This document shows positions 36,283 through 51,126 of a DNA stretch of 64,000 nt, one piece after another. Position numbers and translations under genes: made by a program. Numbering within the stretch: position 1 is the first letter of the stretch; every line of letters starts with the position of its first letter. The notes beneath the pieces were generated by a model. It was not told the DNA's origin. It did no database searches and saw only the letters and a program-made list of their open reading frames with translations. Origin of the DNA: Octopus sinensis (lineage: Eukaryota); assembly GCF_006345805.1 (NCBI RefSeq), contig NC_043006.1:84196001-84260000 (forward strand), given 5' to 3'.

Positions 36283-36557
36283 TATACATATATGTATGCG
36301 ACCATATACACATGGGCACAGACAATAATATCATTGATTATGTAAATTTTATCATATGCTAAACGTTTTGAATACGTTACATATTTTGAGTGTGCTCTTT
36401 ACTGTCAGTTACGTGGTAAGAAGTTTTCTTCTCAACCACAGGGTTCTTGGTTCAGTCCCACTACGTGGCAATTTGGATAAGTATTTTCTACTATAGCCAC
36501 GGGCCAACCAAAGCCTTGTGAATAGATTCGGTTAACGGAAAATGAAAGAAGTCCTTC

Positions 36558-36594
<37 letters not shown>

Positions 36595-36880
36595 ATGACC
36601 GACCAGGCTATCAGATGTTGCTACACATCGCTGGTCACAATACGCTTCGCATTGTTTTAGCCTTCAAATGACGCCACCCCGCTGGCTAAGTGAGCAGGCC
36701 AACAGAAGAAAGAGTGCTGGAGCCTCGTGGAGCTATAGGTGTTTTCCCTCAATAAACACTCACAATGCCCGGTCTAGGAATCGAAACCGCGATCCTATGA
36801 CCGCGAGTCCGCTGCCCTAACCACTGGGCCATTGTGCCTCCACACACACACGCACACACACACACACACACACATATATA

Positions 36881-37700
36881 GGGTGCGATGGGTGAATTGT
36901 CGTCATTTTATATTTTTAATTTATTGCGCAATGCTTGCTTTTGATTTTGTCGACTACACAGTCTGTGAGAAGAACAGTGCCATGACGCAATTCACCCTGC
37001 CAGAAATTTGGAAACGACATGCTGTACTGCTTGGCATTCGCGCCGGAAGCTCCAATACGAACAGATGGTGAACACACTGAACAACCGTTGGCTTCCCGTG
37101 TCATCAAAAGATGTACCGACAGTGATAAAAATAAAACACCCAGTCAACATCATGGTGTTTGGAGTGATCACAAGTCATGGCGACGTTGTGCCTCCATTCA
37201 TCTTCCCACACGGTCTCAGACTCAACACGCAGATCTACATCAAGTGCCTGGAGGAGGTAGTGATGTCCTGGGTGAAGACCATATGTCTGGCAAACAGGAC
37301 TCTGCACCATGCCACACAAGCAGGAGAACCCAGTATGGATGTCTGGCGATTTCTACGATCACATCACCTCTAACATCTGGCTACCAGACTGCAACTCCTT
37401 TGATTATTATGTGTGGGATGCAATTGAACGAGAGACCAACAAAACTCCTTGTAACACCAAAGATGAACTGAAGGCAAGGATTATGGCAGTATTCACCAAC
37501 TTAAACAAGGAGACCGTCCAGAAGAGTTGCAGGAGATTCTGAAGTCGTGGTTGAAGTCAATGGCGATTTTATTGAATGAATATACTCTTTAGTATTTCAA
37601 GATATTTCTATGTAATTTTGGTAAATATATCTGTTAAAATGAGATATCAGTGTTATTTTCATTCTTGCGTAATTTAGGCGACAGTTTATTTACCGTTCAA
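36881..37700 (+). mobile_element. DD37D (maT)-type transposon, deleted and frameshifted
   Basis: TA|tagggtgcgatgggtgaattgtcg start. KHPVNIMVFGVITSHGDVVPPFIF...QDSAPCHTSRRTQ...DYYVWDAIERETNKTPCNTKDELKARI. Confidence 0.8.
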
Positions 37701-37709
37701 CTGCACCCA

Positions 37710-37878
37710 ACGCATAATAACCAAGGAAGGGGAGTTAGGTGGCCAGATGTTAGGGGTGATGCGATCGCAGAAATTGTCTGACAGCCATAACTGGGTTCTC
37801 CTGCTTGTGTGACATGGTGCAGAGTCCTGCAGCCACCCTCTTGACCCCCAGGGCAGCACTACCTCCTCCAGGCACTTC
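37710..37878 (-). mobile_element. Second DD37D fragment, inverted against the previous one
   Basis: KCLEEVVLPW...QDSAPCHTSRRTQLWLSDNFCDRITPNIWPPNSP. Confidence 0.8.
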
Positions 37879-37915
37879 ATGTATATATATATATATATAT
37901 ATATCTAATATATAT

Positions 37916-38543
37916 AAAATGGAGTTAACGCAGGTTTAAACAAGTATTTTTACTTTCTACATATGTTTCGAAAATTCCACTGATACTATTCAAAAGAATA
38001 AAAGGTATAAACAATGCAATCTTCTCTTCGGGAAGTGAAAAAAACGAAACTCGTCAATACGACATTTTAGCAAAAAATGATGGATTCGTATAGCGATAGA
38101 CAGAACGCTATTAATATTGTTTAAAAAAACGTTATATGATATAACGTCATAAGTAGCTAACAGAAAGAGTAGGGATATTAATAGTGAATGTTAAATATAA
38201 AGGAAATTAAAGTTTAAACTATATCTATCATTATATATAGTTTAAACTTTAATTTCCTTTATATTTAACATTCACTATTAATATCCCTACTCTTCTGTTA
38301 GCTACTTATGACGTTATATCATATAACGTTTTTTTAAACAATATTAATAGCGTTCTGTCTATCGCTATACGAATCCATCAGTTTTTGCTAAAATGTCGTA
38401 TTGACGAGTTTCGTTTTTTCACTTTCCCGAAGAGAAGATTGCATTGTTTATACCTTTTATTCTTTTGAATAGTATCAGTGGAATTTTCGAAAACATATGT
38501 AGAAAGTAAAAATACTTGTTTAAACCTGCGTTAACTCCATTTT
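37916..38543. repeat. 628-bp near-perfect palindrome (arms about 310 bp, loop about 10 nt)
   Basis: The arms are reverse complements, differing by one substitution and about three homopolymer-length indels. Confidence 0.95.
38421..38507 (+). ncRNA. Type I hammerhead-like motif (U4C core), mirrored at 37952-38036 on -
   Basis: actttc CCGAAGA gaagatt...aattttc GAA(A) ACATATGT A gaaagt: 6-bp helix I, long helix II and a GUA cleavage triplet. Confidence 0.65.
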
Positions 38544-38717
38544 TTATTCATATTATTCAAAATATTCAACGTAAACACGAAGTTTCAACCTTATAAACAA
38601 GGAGTTACAACATCTTTACTTGTGAGATTTTGCTGCCCTGGTAACTATTTATTTATTTTCCGTGTTAATTGTTAACAAGGTAAAATACACTCATCTATTA
38701 TATTTATATAATATATA

Positions 38718-38750
<33 letters not shown>

Positions 38751-39811
38751 GAGATATATATATAGATATATATATATATACGTGTGTCTCTTGACAACCC
38801 GTATTGATGTGTTTACGTAGTCTTAACTTTGTAGCAAAAAGCGACCGATAAAATAAGGATCAGATTAATAAAAAAAAAATGTCCTGGGGTTGATTTGTTA
38901 GACGAAAATTCTTCAAGGCGGTGCCCCAGCATGCCCATAGACGAATGACTGAAACAAGTCAAAGAAAAAAGAAGATATCTATTTACTCTACTCAACGTAT
39001 TGAGTTTTATATTAGATAATGTCTGCAGTTTGTATTTTTTAATACGCTTCACAACTTTTCGATTGCGGTGTATAAATGTTGTATATGTATGTATGTATGT
39101 AAGCATACACAAACACACACACACGCACGCATGTACACACAGACACACACACATAGTGTGTCCCTAAATTACCTTTACAATTTGAAGCGTGGAAGTGTGG
39201 AAGATGTAAAGCTAATTTACACACACACACGCGCACACGCACTTAAATTCGACATTTAAACAAGCGGTTCTCTATATATGTCATGCACGTAACCAGATAG
39301 TGGGGTGCAACAGGTTCGGATGAAACCCACCTGCAACTCAATGCAAGTATAATGATTATTTAACCTAATTCAAATTCTGCGGTTTTTCGTCAATTAGACG
39401 ACTAATGTTGGTTCCAAATGAATAATTCAGGACTTCCTCGGTCGAAATGCTGACTACGCCCATATGTGTGAGTACGTGCGCGCGTGTGTGTTCGTGTTTG
39501 AGCGTTTGTGTGTGTAGGAACAGTATGGTTGATTCGTTGGGTTTATTTCGCATCCACGTGGTGTAGGATTCGATTCCAGTGCGTTGCATCTTGTGCAAAT
39601 ATAATTTCCTCGAGAAGATCTACGTCATGTGAGTATGACTCGGTCGACAGAGACCGTGCAAAAGCTCGTTTGGGTGGATTGTACTGGTGATATAAAAGGT
39701 ACAGTGCCATGCGAAAAAACACTGTGCCACACTGATTCTGCCTCTGCGAACTACGTATGTATGTAAGTATGTATGTGTTATATATATCATATTATAATAT
39801 ATATATATATT

Positions 39812-39888
<77 letters not shown>

Positions 39889-41519
39889 TAATATATATAT
39901 ATTTTTTCGTTCGGCGTTAACAGCCCTTCTTATCTTGTTTTTCCTTGTCCTGTCTTTTACTGCTTTAATTTGTACTGTCGTTACTGTCCTGTTTTTGTTA
40001 CCATTTTTACCCCTCTGCGAAAAAGATCTCAGAATTTTAATGATTTGCTTTTCGCAGGAAGGAAAGTTCTTGTCGAAGATACGTCTCGCTTTTATCTCTT
40101 CGAAACGTAGAGTAGATGAAACCATAGCGACTGAAGAAGGGTTTTTTTCTTTGTGTTAATTGTCCTGTACTCTATTTTTTTGTTGTTTTTAAAAAATGTC
40201 CAGTTCCTTTGGTTTGTGTCTATGTTTTCGTTTCTCATTGTGTTCGACGTCCTTTTGGTGTCCTGTACTCATATATGCGTGTATATGTACATGTAGAGGT
40301 AGGTACGTACATATATGTTTATATATATGCATATGTTTTATTTTATTTATCAATACATATATATATACAATTTATAAGTAAGAGCAGAAGAAAAAATTTC
40401 TAATGCCTAAATATGCCGAAAAAAGACACTACGTCAATAACCATGTAATTTATCACTACAATCACATGTTTCAAACAAAGCCGACAGAAATTTCTAAAAA
40501 ATTCCGTTAATACCATATCGGAACCGATTTCAGAGTTAGTTCATAAGAACCTTCTCTTTATCAGTGATTTATCATAAGAGATAAATGCGGTAAAAGAAAT
40601 AAGTGAAATACTTACTCATACCCATGGAAGAAGCAAGCACTAAGCCACAAGCACAATTAAGTACCCCAAATATATCCAAAATAGAAATTCTCTAGCACAC
40701 CTCGAGACACGTGTGGTTCGAACCGAAAAGCTCTTTTAAAGTGAGAGAGTCCGGAAGTGAACACTATTAAATTAACATCTAATATAGGATAGAATTTTTC
40801 GAAAAATTTTATATATATATGTATATATGTGAAATAAATAAATGCGCCCTTTTAAAGCCTAGCCAGGCTCATGGGCCCAGTTTCCCAGTTTCGATGGTGT
40901 ATGTGTTCCCCAGCTGGACGGGACGCCAGTCCATCGCAGCGTTACTCATTTTTGCCAGCTGAGTGGACTGGAGCAACGTGAAATGAAGTGTTTTGCTCAA
41001 GAACACAACGCGTCGCCCGGTCCAGGAATCGAAACCACAATCTTACGATCACTAACCACTAAGCCACGTGCCTACACACACACACACACACACACCACAC
41101 ACACATATATTTATATTTATAAGGTAAGTATTTAATCATAAAAATGATTATATCAGTGGCTTTATACATAAAAACGACCGTATAGGTAACATTAATTTGT
41201 TTTACGTATATAATTATAAAAATATAATTATAGTTAAGAGCTACTGGAAATGATTCTCATGTGGTTACATTTCAAAATGTAACCACATGTGAATCTTTGG
41301 CGTCTGCTAATACATTACATGTACCACGTCTTCGCGTTGTTTTTTGTGTTTGTTCTTTTTGGGATTAAATTTATACCGCACGCTCACACGGACCCCGGCC
41401 TTCTGACTGACTTTGGAGTACATAATTCGTGGAAATCTTCTACCATCGGATTACATTACCTTGTTCATTCGGAATACGCCATTTCTGCACCTTGATTGAG
41501 AATCACATATGTACATATT

Positions 41520-42752
41520 TTTTCAATTGCATGAACTAAAAGCCAGAGGATGGAATAAACTACCTGCACCAACTTGCTATAAAAGCAGGTATTAATTTTA
41601 TCTTGTCCTTATTCTTAGTGCAAGTTTTGAAGAGTGCAGTTCAATTTTAACAGTTATTTTTTCAAAGCTATAATGGAAGTGACAAAGGAGCATATTCGGC
41701 ATATTTTGCTTTATGAGTTCAATAAAGGTAACAATGCAATAGAAAGTGCAAGGAATATTTATGCAGTACATGGGGATTGGGCAATAAGCGTTAGCCAGTG
41801 TCAACGGTAGTTCCAGATATTCCGACCCGGAAACTACAGCCTAGAAGACGATCCTTGTTTTGGAAGATCTGTGGAGCTCGACGAGGACGTCCAATAAAGC
41901 CTGGTGGAACAAAATTCCATCGTAAGTGTTCAGGAACTAGCAGAGAAACTTGGATTTGGTCATTCAACCATTCATCGACACCTACGTCTCATCAGAAAAC
42001 TGGGTCAATGAGTTCTTCACAAACTTTCCAAGTCTAATCGCGCGCAGAGACTGAATGCGTTCTCTTCTTTACTGTCACGTCTCACGAATCAGTGACTGGT
42101 GACGAGAAATGGGTTCTCTACAAAAACGTCAAGCGCTGAGGACAGTGGGTAGGGAAAGGAGAAACACCGGCTCCCCAGGCTGAAGGTCTTCACCTACGTA
42201 AGGTGTTGTTATCTGTTAGGTGGGTTATGAAAGGTTTAGTCTACTTTGAACTTTTAAACCCAAACCAAACGATAACAAAGGAGATCTACTGCGAACAGCT
42301 TAAGCGGCTTAAGTCACCGCTAGAAGAAAAACGACCATTTTTGGTTTCAAGACGAAAGGTGTTCTTCCATCAGGATAATGCTTGGCCACATACAGCAAGG
42401 ATGACATACGAAAGGCTGCAGCAGTTCGAATGGGAAACGATGCTTCTCCCACCATATTCGCCGGGTATTGCTCCATCTGATTATAATTTCTTCCGCAGTC
42501 TTCAAAATCATTTGGACGGAAAAATATGAATTCTGTAGACGAAGTCAGTACAGAACTGAAAGAGTAGTTTTCATCACGGACAAGTGAATTTTGGAAGAGG
42601 GGTGGGGGGCTTGCAAGTCTACAGATAGATGGAACAGAATTGTAGAAAGTAAAAGAGAGTATATTTTAGAAAAATAAAAGAACTTTGCTTATCTTAATTT
42701 TGAAAAATTAGAATATAAAAAACCGCATAATTTATGGGATGAATGACACAAT
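41520..42752 (+). mobile_element. Degenerate mariner (DD34D) copy 1
   Basis: ATG at 41673 (MEVTKEHIRHILLYEFNKG), VTGDEKW, HQDNAWPH, YSPGIAPSDY, with stops and frameshifts. The right TIR-like end is tttatgggatga; the left TIR was not found. Confidence 0.88.
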
Positions 42753-42766
42753 ATATGTAGATACAT

Positions 42767-42802
<36 letters not shown>

Positions 42803-43244
42803 CACGTGACCGACAAAGCTATCAGATGTTACTAACACTCGCTGATCACAATGCTCTTTGCATTGTTTTAGCCTTCAAATGACGCCACCCCGCTGGCTAA
42901 GCGAGCAGGCCAATATATATATATATATATAATATATATATATATATATTATATATATATATAAAACCTGGCACTCCGTCGGTTACGTGGACGAGAGTTC
43001 CACTTGATCCGATCAACAGAACTGCCTGCTCGTGAAATTAACCTGCAAGTGGCTGAGCACTCCACAGACACGCGCACCCTTAACGTAGTTCTCAAGGAAA
43101 TTCAGCGTGACACAGAATGCGACAAGACTGGTCCTTTTTGAAATACAGTTACTACTCATTTTTACCGACTGAGTAGACTGGGGCAACGTGAAATAAAGTG
43201 TCTTGCTCAAGGACACAACGCGTCTACGGGAATGAACTCACGAT

Positions 43245-43649
43245 CTATCACACAGGAATGGATGGGTGAAAATTTTCATGATCACATAACCCCTAACATT
43301 TGGTCTCATAATTCCCCAGATCTCAATCCATTGGACTATAACACGTGGAGCGTTGTTGAGAGAGAGGTCAATGAACACAGCCATAAAACCAAAGATTCTT
43401 TGAAAGCTGTCATAGTCAGAGTAATGTCCAAAATGAACCAGGACCACTTGATTCGAGAATGTAGATGATTTATATCGCATATAGAAGCAGTCGTTGAAGC
43501 TGATGGTAGCTTTATTAAATAACATTATAGAAAAGAAGGTTTATTTTATCCTCATAGCATTTTTTGATAAATAAAGTTATTCTCTGTTATATATCTGTTT
43601 TTTTTTTATATAAACATAAATCTTGTCCTCAAATACCTTACGCACCCAG
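43245..43649 (+). mobile_element. DD37D 3' remnant
   Basis: QEWMGENFHDHITPNIWSHNSPDLNPLDYNTWSVVERE; terminus cgcacccag|TA. Confidence 0.78.
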
Positions 43650-44336
43650 TACACTCACACACATTTGTTTGTGTGCATATGTACTTTTGTCTTCATATCG
43701 CTGAAATTCCTGTCGATGCTTGACTACAGTTTTACCACAAAATAGTGCAACTATGATCAAAGCCGTCCCTGTCGTGCTCATTTCTTGATTTCGCAAGACA
43801 TAGTTAAATCTAGGACCTCATTAGCCAATATCTATCCTCTTCTCTTAAGCAACACTTGAGGTTTGCGTAAGAGATATTTGAACTCCATTTCTACTAAACA
43901 CATCGAAAGACAGATTATTTTTATATTCAAATTCTTTTATTCCTTTGTTCTTTTGTTCCTTTCAGGCGTTTGACTGCGGCCATGCTGGAGCACCGCCCAA
44001 GGTGTCACAGCAGCAGGATTGAACCCGGAAACTTGGTTGGGAAGCAAGGCTCTTACCACACAGCAACGTCTACGCCTATCATACCTAATGCATATACACC
44101 GTTTTGATAGGCCCGTTACTGCGGTATTCCTCCTGATAATCTTTTATGGACGTGCTATGATTAAACAAAAAACAGAAGTGGCTGTATGGTAAGTAGCTAG
44201 GCGCAGGAGTGGTTGTGTGGTAAGTAGCTTGCTTACAAACCACATGGTTCTTGGGCAAGTGTCTTTTACTATAGCCTCGGGCCGACCAAAGCCTTGTGAG
44301 TGAATTTGGTAGACGGAAACTGAAAGAAGCCTGTCG

Positions 44337-44408
<72 letters not shown>

Positions 44409-45403
44409 TGTGTGTTTGTGTGTCTGTGTTTGCCTCCATACCACCATCGCTTGACAACCGATGCTAGTGTGTTTGCGTTCCCGTAAGCTAGCGGTTCGGC
44501 AAAAGAGACCGATAGAATAAGTACTAGGCTTACAAAGAATAAGTCCTGCGATCGATTTGCTCGACTAAAGGCAGTGCTCCAGCATGGCCGCAGTCAAATG
44601 ACTGAAACAAGTAAAAGAGTAAAATAGTAGTATCGGAGGGAGACGAAGATCGCTTTACCAGCGGCCAGCGAGAACACCAGATGCGATTCAACATTGGGGG
44701 TCTTTGGTCAGCTGTAGTTTGCTCACACATCTATATGTATTTCTTTACTACCCACAACGGGCTAAACACAGAGGGGACAAACAAGGACAGACAAACGGAT
44801 TAAGTGGATTACATCGACGCCAGGGCATAACTGGTGCTTAAATTATCGACCCCGAAAGGACGAAAAACAAAGTCGACCTCGGCGGAATTTGAACCCAGAA
44901 GGTAACGGCAGACGAAATACCGCTAAGCATTTCGCCCGGCGTGCTATCGTTTCTGCCAGCTCGCCGCCTTTCACACATCTATATGTTACTGATAAGGGGG
45001 TTTTAGATCTCGTTTTTCTTCTTTTTTTTAAAATACATTATTAGTGTTTGTTCAGCGTTTGCTGTGATGCCGTTTGTGTTTCGCTTTATGAGGACTTTTT
45101 TATTGCTTTCTGTAGCCTGATCTGTAATTTATTTCATTCGTATTATAGTCCACTTTTCTATAAAACATATATAGCTTTAAGAAAGGTAAATGCTTACTAT
45201 TTTCGCTGCATTGTGTTTATAGCTGTCTCTTTCTCGGTCTGTTTGTCTGTCTGTTTCTTTCTCTCTATATTTAATATATACACGTCTGTGTGCTTGCGCG
45301 CGAGTGAGTGTCTATATACTGATATTTTTATAATATAATATATCAAATATATACCTATGTATGTATGTATGCATGTATGTATGTATGTATATATGTATGT
45401 ATG

Positions 45404-45434
<31 letters not shown>

Positions 45435-45450
45435 ATATAATATATATATA

Positions 45451-45482
<32 letters not shown>

Positions 45483-45667
45483 ATACATATATATATTATA
45501 TACGATACATATTTATGTGTGTTTGCATATGTATCTCTGTGTATATGTGAATGTATATATAAATTTGTATATAATATATATCGTACACACATATACACAC
45601 ATATAGCTATATATATAATATATATATATATATATATTACACACATAAGCATAGAGAGAGAGAGAGA

Positions 45668-45716
<49 letters not shown>

Positions 45717-46050
45717 CTGGTTTTATTATACATTAAAACAACACAAATACATAAACACATAAACCCACCAATATACACAAATAACCAAATCTAACTCCCA
45801 TTACAAGCACCAAAAGTCAGAGTATGGAAACCAAACATCAAAGCTGTCCCTAAATCCGTTCCCACAAACCCATTAAAATATTAACATTAATAATATATAA
45901 ACCATTACTGCTTCTTCGTACTTGGTACTTATGAACGTGGTCTTGTTTCTAGCTATCCAGGATTTACTGTATATATATATATAAATATATATATACATAT
46001 GTGTGTGTTTATATATTTATATGTGTTTACATTTATTTATATGTATGTAT

Positions 46051-46135
<85 letters not shown>

Positions 46136-46980
46136 CATGTATCATGTATGTATATGTATGTATGTATGTATATATGTATGTATGTATGTATGAATGTATA
46201 TATGCATGTATGTATGTGTGTATATATAATATCTATCTATCTATCTATATCTATATCTATCTAATATATTATATATATATTATATATATATATATATATA
46301 ATATATATATACACGCACACGCACACAAATATATGCGCAGACATATAATCACACGCACACGAGTTTTGTGTCACGTGTGTGAATTCTCGACGTTGATGTT
46401 CACAATCCGCCTCCGCCCCACCGATTGTCATACGGCAGGTGTGTGTCGAGAACGTGAGTTCATGTATGTAAATTTATGAAGAGATGATATTCGTGTATGT
46501 GTGTGTGTAAGTGTGTATGTGTGTGCGCGCGTGTGTGTGTGTATATGTTACTAAAAATAATCCGGGTTCACGACACACTCACACTTACACTCTGTATACA
46601 TTTAAACACTTTTACTCTCATGCAAGCCTCTCTATCTGTATGTGAGTATATACATACATATTATTATTGTTTTTTTTTTATTGTATTTTGTATTTATATC
46701 CGTGCAACATCGTCTGTTTTCCCGTCCTTGTTTCGTATACATTCGTTGCTTTTTTCCAAGGAATCTAATGCTCTTAGGTTAGTTTTTCCTTGGCGCTGGC
46801 CAGATTGGAGCAATCTCAAGATTAATCAGCCAATATAGCGAGGATGATCCGGTTCTTGACTGAAGATAAAAGGCTCCGAATGACCCGTCCGTTTCTTTGT
46901 ATCGTCTATCTGGATGTTTTGTTGTCCCCTTTTGTATCACCTAGTGTGCCGGATGTTTTGAGTTCTTGTCCCATTTTGTA

Positions 46981-47036
<56 letters not shown>

Positions 47037-47089
47037 ATATATATATATTCGTTTACCTTTCACTGGTTTTCGCTAGAGGCTGAGCCCAT

Positions 47090-49860
47090 GTTGGAGCTGC
47101 TCTTCTTTGTGCCTCCTTCTGCAATGTACAATTATTTGGCATCTCAGATTCAAATCTATCCAGGTGCTCTTTGAAGACCTCCTCATCTACACCTCACAAA
47201 ACTCTGAGGTTGTTTGGCAGAATGTTGAATAGGCGGCGAGATGGCAGAAACGTTAGCGCACCGGACGAAATGCTTAGCCGTTTTTCGTCTGCCGTAATGT
47301 TCTGAGTTCAAATTCCGCCGAGGTCGACTTTGCCTTTCATTCTTTTCGGGATCGATAAATAAAGTACCAGTTACGCACTGGGGTCGATGTAATCGACTTA
47401 ATCCGTTTGTCTGTCCTTGTCTGTTCCCTCTATGTTTAGCCCCTTGTGGGCAAGAAAGAAATAAGAATGTTGAATAGTTGTGGATCCCTGAAACTCAAGC
47501 TGTTACAATATTGGGTCCTTATTCTAGATGGAGAAGACAGGATCTTTGGTAGTTCGCAGTGCCGTCCTGTTCGATAGTTGGTTTAGCTTTCAATTCCAAA
47601 GGTGGAAGGTGGACATTCTAGGACCTCCTATATGTGTATCAATGCATATCTTTCACGCCTTCTCTCTAAGGAGTAGAGTTTCTGTTCCCTAAGCCTTTCA
47701 CAGTAGCTCATTTTTTCACTGAGTCAATCTTATTTGTGTAGTGGTGCTGGATTGTCTCAAATTTCCGCCACCAGTTCGACGCTCTGTGGCGATCATAATT
47801 GGGAGCAGTAATCCAGACGACTCAGAACGAAAGTTCTCCCTAGGAGCAGCATGGTCTCCTTTTCTCTTGTTCTGAACGATCTCAGAATCTATCCAGCAGC
47901 TCATCTGCCCAGTGTTGCCCTCTTGGTAATACGCACATGGAATGTTGCATGGTGACACGTGTGGGTTCCAGGTCTCACCCTGACTCTGATTCTAGGAGCA
48001 TACTACCCTTTGGTCCTGTGTAGTTTGTTTGTGTGTCGATAATGGAGTGCTTGAAAGTTCTCAGCGCTGAACTGCATGTTAATTTCATCATCCCACTTGC
48101 ATATTGCATTCAGGTCTTTTTGCAACTTTAGTATGGGATCAGAAACCTTGACTGTCTGTGATACTTTGATATCAACAGCATAGATGGTGAGAGTGGCCGA
48201 TTGTATGGCCGAGGGCGTGTCTGAGAGAGCCACCACAAACAATAGTGGTCCCAGTACAGTTCCTTGAAGGACTCCTCTGAGATTTGATCTCTCCCAGGAG
48301 ATAGCACATTGGCTGCAGATGTCTGACCTCTGCCTTTTAAAAAGTCATGCAGCCACTCTCGTAGCTCTCCAGCGATACCAAGGTCACGCAGTTTGTGACA
48401 TTTCATCCCGCGATCAACTTCGTCATAGGCCTTGGCAAAGTCGAGATATATCATAATACACATTTGAGAGGTTGAGCTGCTGTTTGAGCCCCCAATCATA
48501 ATGCTGTTGTAGCTATGTTCCAACATGGACGGAAGCCATATTGGGTGTCTGTGGGCAAGTTAATTTATTTCAAGAAAGTGATCAGCCTCCTTCTGGCAAT
48601 GTGTTCCATGACCATGCTAACATTGTCAGAGAGATAGGCCTGTAATTATTTAGCATCTGTTCTGCTTCCTCCTGTATGGACGATGCGTATTATATCTTCT
48701 TTTAAGATTTTGGGAAGTTTACTACATGCAAGAAAATTCTGAAAAGTATCTGCAGTAATTTTCCGATAGCTTTCTTACATATCTTTAAAAGAAAAGCCGG
48801 AAATACATCTGGGCCCGTTGTTGAGTTCTTGTTCGTCTCATCAGCGGCCGGTATTACGTCTTCCTCTTTTATGTCGAAGTAGCTGATGGTTGCTTTTTCC
48901 GTGTAGAGAAGCCCTTTAGGCTCACTTATTTGCATGATTCCCAGTGGAAAATTGACGACACTTTGGAATTGTTTGTTTACCACTTCACTTATCCTCCTCA
49001 GTTTGCATATAGGCGCAGGAGTGGCTGTGTGGCAAGTAGCTTGCTTACCAGCCACATGGTTCCGGGTTTAGTCCCACTGCGTGGCACCTTGGGCAAGTAT
49101 CTTCTACTGTAGCCTCGGACCAACCAAAGCCTTGTGAGTGGATTTGGTAGACGGAAACTGTATGTGTGTGTGTGTGTGTGTATGTTTGTGTGTCTGTGTT
49201 TGTCCCCCCTACATCGCTTGCCAACCGATGCTGGTGTGTTTTCGCCCACGTAACTTAGCAGTTCGGCAAAAGTGACCGATAGAATAAGTACTAGGCTTAC
49301 AAAGAATAAGTCCTGGGATCGATTTGCTCGACTAAAGGCGGTGCTCCAGCATGGCCGCGGTCAAATGACTGAAGAAGTAAATGAGTAAGTTTGTGAACCG
49401 TCTTCTTCAAACAGTAGCCCTATCATGTGAACCGAGGCAGATTTTTTTTTAGCAAATATATAGAAGGCTTTAGGATTAATTTTTATATTTTCCACTTCCC
49501 TGGTTTCTCATTCTACCTTTTCCTTTCCATGGAAGAGTCCGAGATTATTTTCGGTCTCTTTGAAGAGAAATTTCTCGCTATCATTAAATTGCCTATTTAA
49601 GCGATTGGAGATCCTTATTCTCTGTCTCATAAGGACTCCCTTATCTCGGGGCATGATGCTTTTGTATGTAATGGCTCTCCTCTCTGGGACAAATTTAATG
49701 CATATGGTTCGCATTACTGACACGAATTCTTTAAGTTTCATATCAATGTCTTGCATCTAGAAACTTTTCACTGAAGTATCTGTTTTCAAATTGACTTCCA
49801 GTCAGACTTGTAGGAGTTCAGACTGGATAGGGTTTGGGTGTTATCTGTGTGGAATACATC
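47090..49860 (-). mobile_element. CR1-clade LINE (RT region), degenerate, with two nested SINEs
   Basis: The minus strand has TTGPDVFPAFLLK, IYLDFAKAYDEVD...LRDLGIAGELREWLHDFL, a GTVLGPLLF-like motif, YAVD for YADD, and C-terminal LFNILP...FKEHLD. Confidence 0.88.
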
Positions 49861-50121
49861 TTTAATTAGTTTTGGACCATACATCGTTCTATGATGTTTA
49901 TATATATATACACATACATACATACATACATACATACATACATACATACATACATACATACAACATACATATGCGTGTGTGTGCGTGTGTGTAACTGTAT
50001 ATGTATTTACTACAGAAAACCGACTCACTCTGCGCTTACAAAATTTTCTCACATATATATATATGTGAGAAAATATACACACATACTCTCATACACACAC
50101 ACGCACGCACACACACACATG

Positions 50122-50160
<39 letters not shown>

Positions 50161-50800
50161 TTACACACACACACACAGACATATATATTGCGCACGGAGG
50201 TTTTTCTGTAAGATGTATTTGAGAATCATACTTCCGTGTATTTATTTGAAATAGATATTGATCACGGCCCAACACAGTTCTAATTAGTTGCACACCACTC
50301 TCAGTGAATAATTAACTCAGTTACACAAATTAAGCAGTCTTGTGTGAGATTCATGTATTTCCAGTTCCACCGCCCTACCACGTGTAACTTACACGCAAGC
50401 ACGCGCGCGCATACACACACACACACACGCACATACTCGCATACACTCACACGTAAGCACATACACACACGTATCATATGTACATGAGTGTGTGTGTGCG
50501 CGCGCGCATATATACACATATATGTATGTATGTGTGTGTCAAAGGGTGCTGGAGGACAAGCGTAGACAAAGACGCGCACGCACGCATGCACGCACACACA
50601 CACGCACACACGCACAAACACTGACACGCACACACACACACACACACGACTGGCTTCTTTCAGTTTTGGTCTGCCAAATCCAAATTGAAACCTTTGGTCG
50701 GCTCAAGGTGTCACACAGCGAACCCAGTACCATGTGGTTGGAAAGTCCGACATGCTAACGATTCTGCCACCTCGTCTAAGTCATGCATACATGCAAATCC

Positions 50801-50878
<78 letters not shown>

Positions 50879-51011
50879 TGTTCAAATGTGCAGAAAACAA
50901 AAGACGAAGATAGGTGTAGGAACAAGCAACATTCGGGAAGAATGGAAAAGTCTTTTACGTTTCGAGCCTACGCTCTTCGACAGAAAGAATTAAGAGGGGA
51001 GAAAATATATG

Positions 51012-51078
<67 letters not shown>

Positions 51079-51126
51079 CGCGCGTGTGTGTGTGTTAGTG
51101 TCTCTTTCTATCTATATATTCATATA

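Noticed and set aside
46860-46885. CTGAAGA...CGAAT as a hammerhead
   Set aside because: It lacks GAAA and a pairable helix II, so it is not supportable from this copy.
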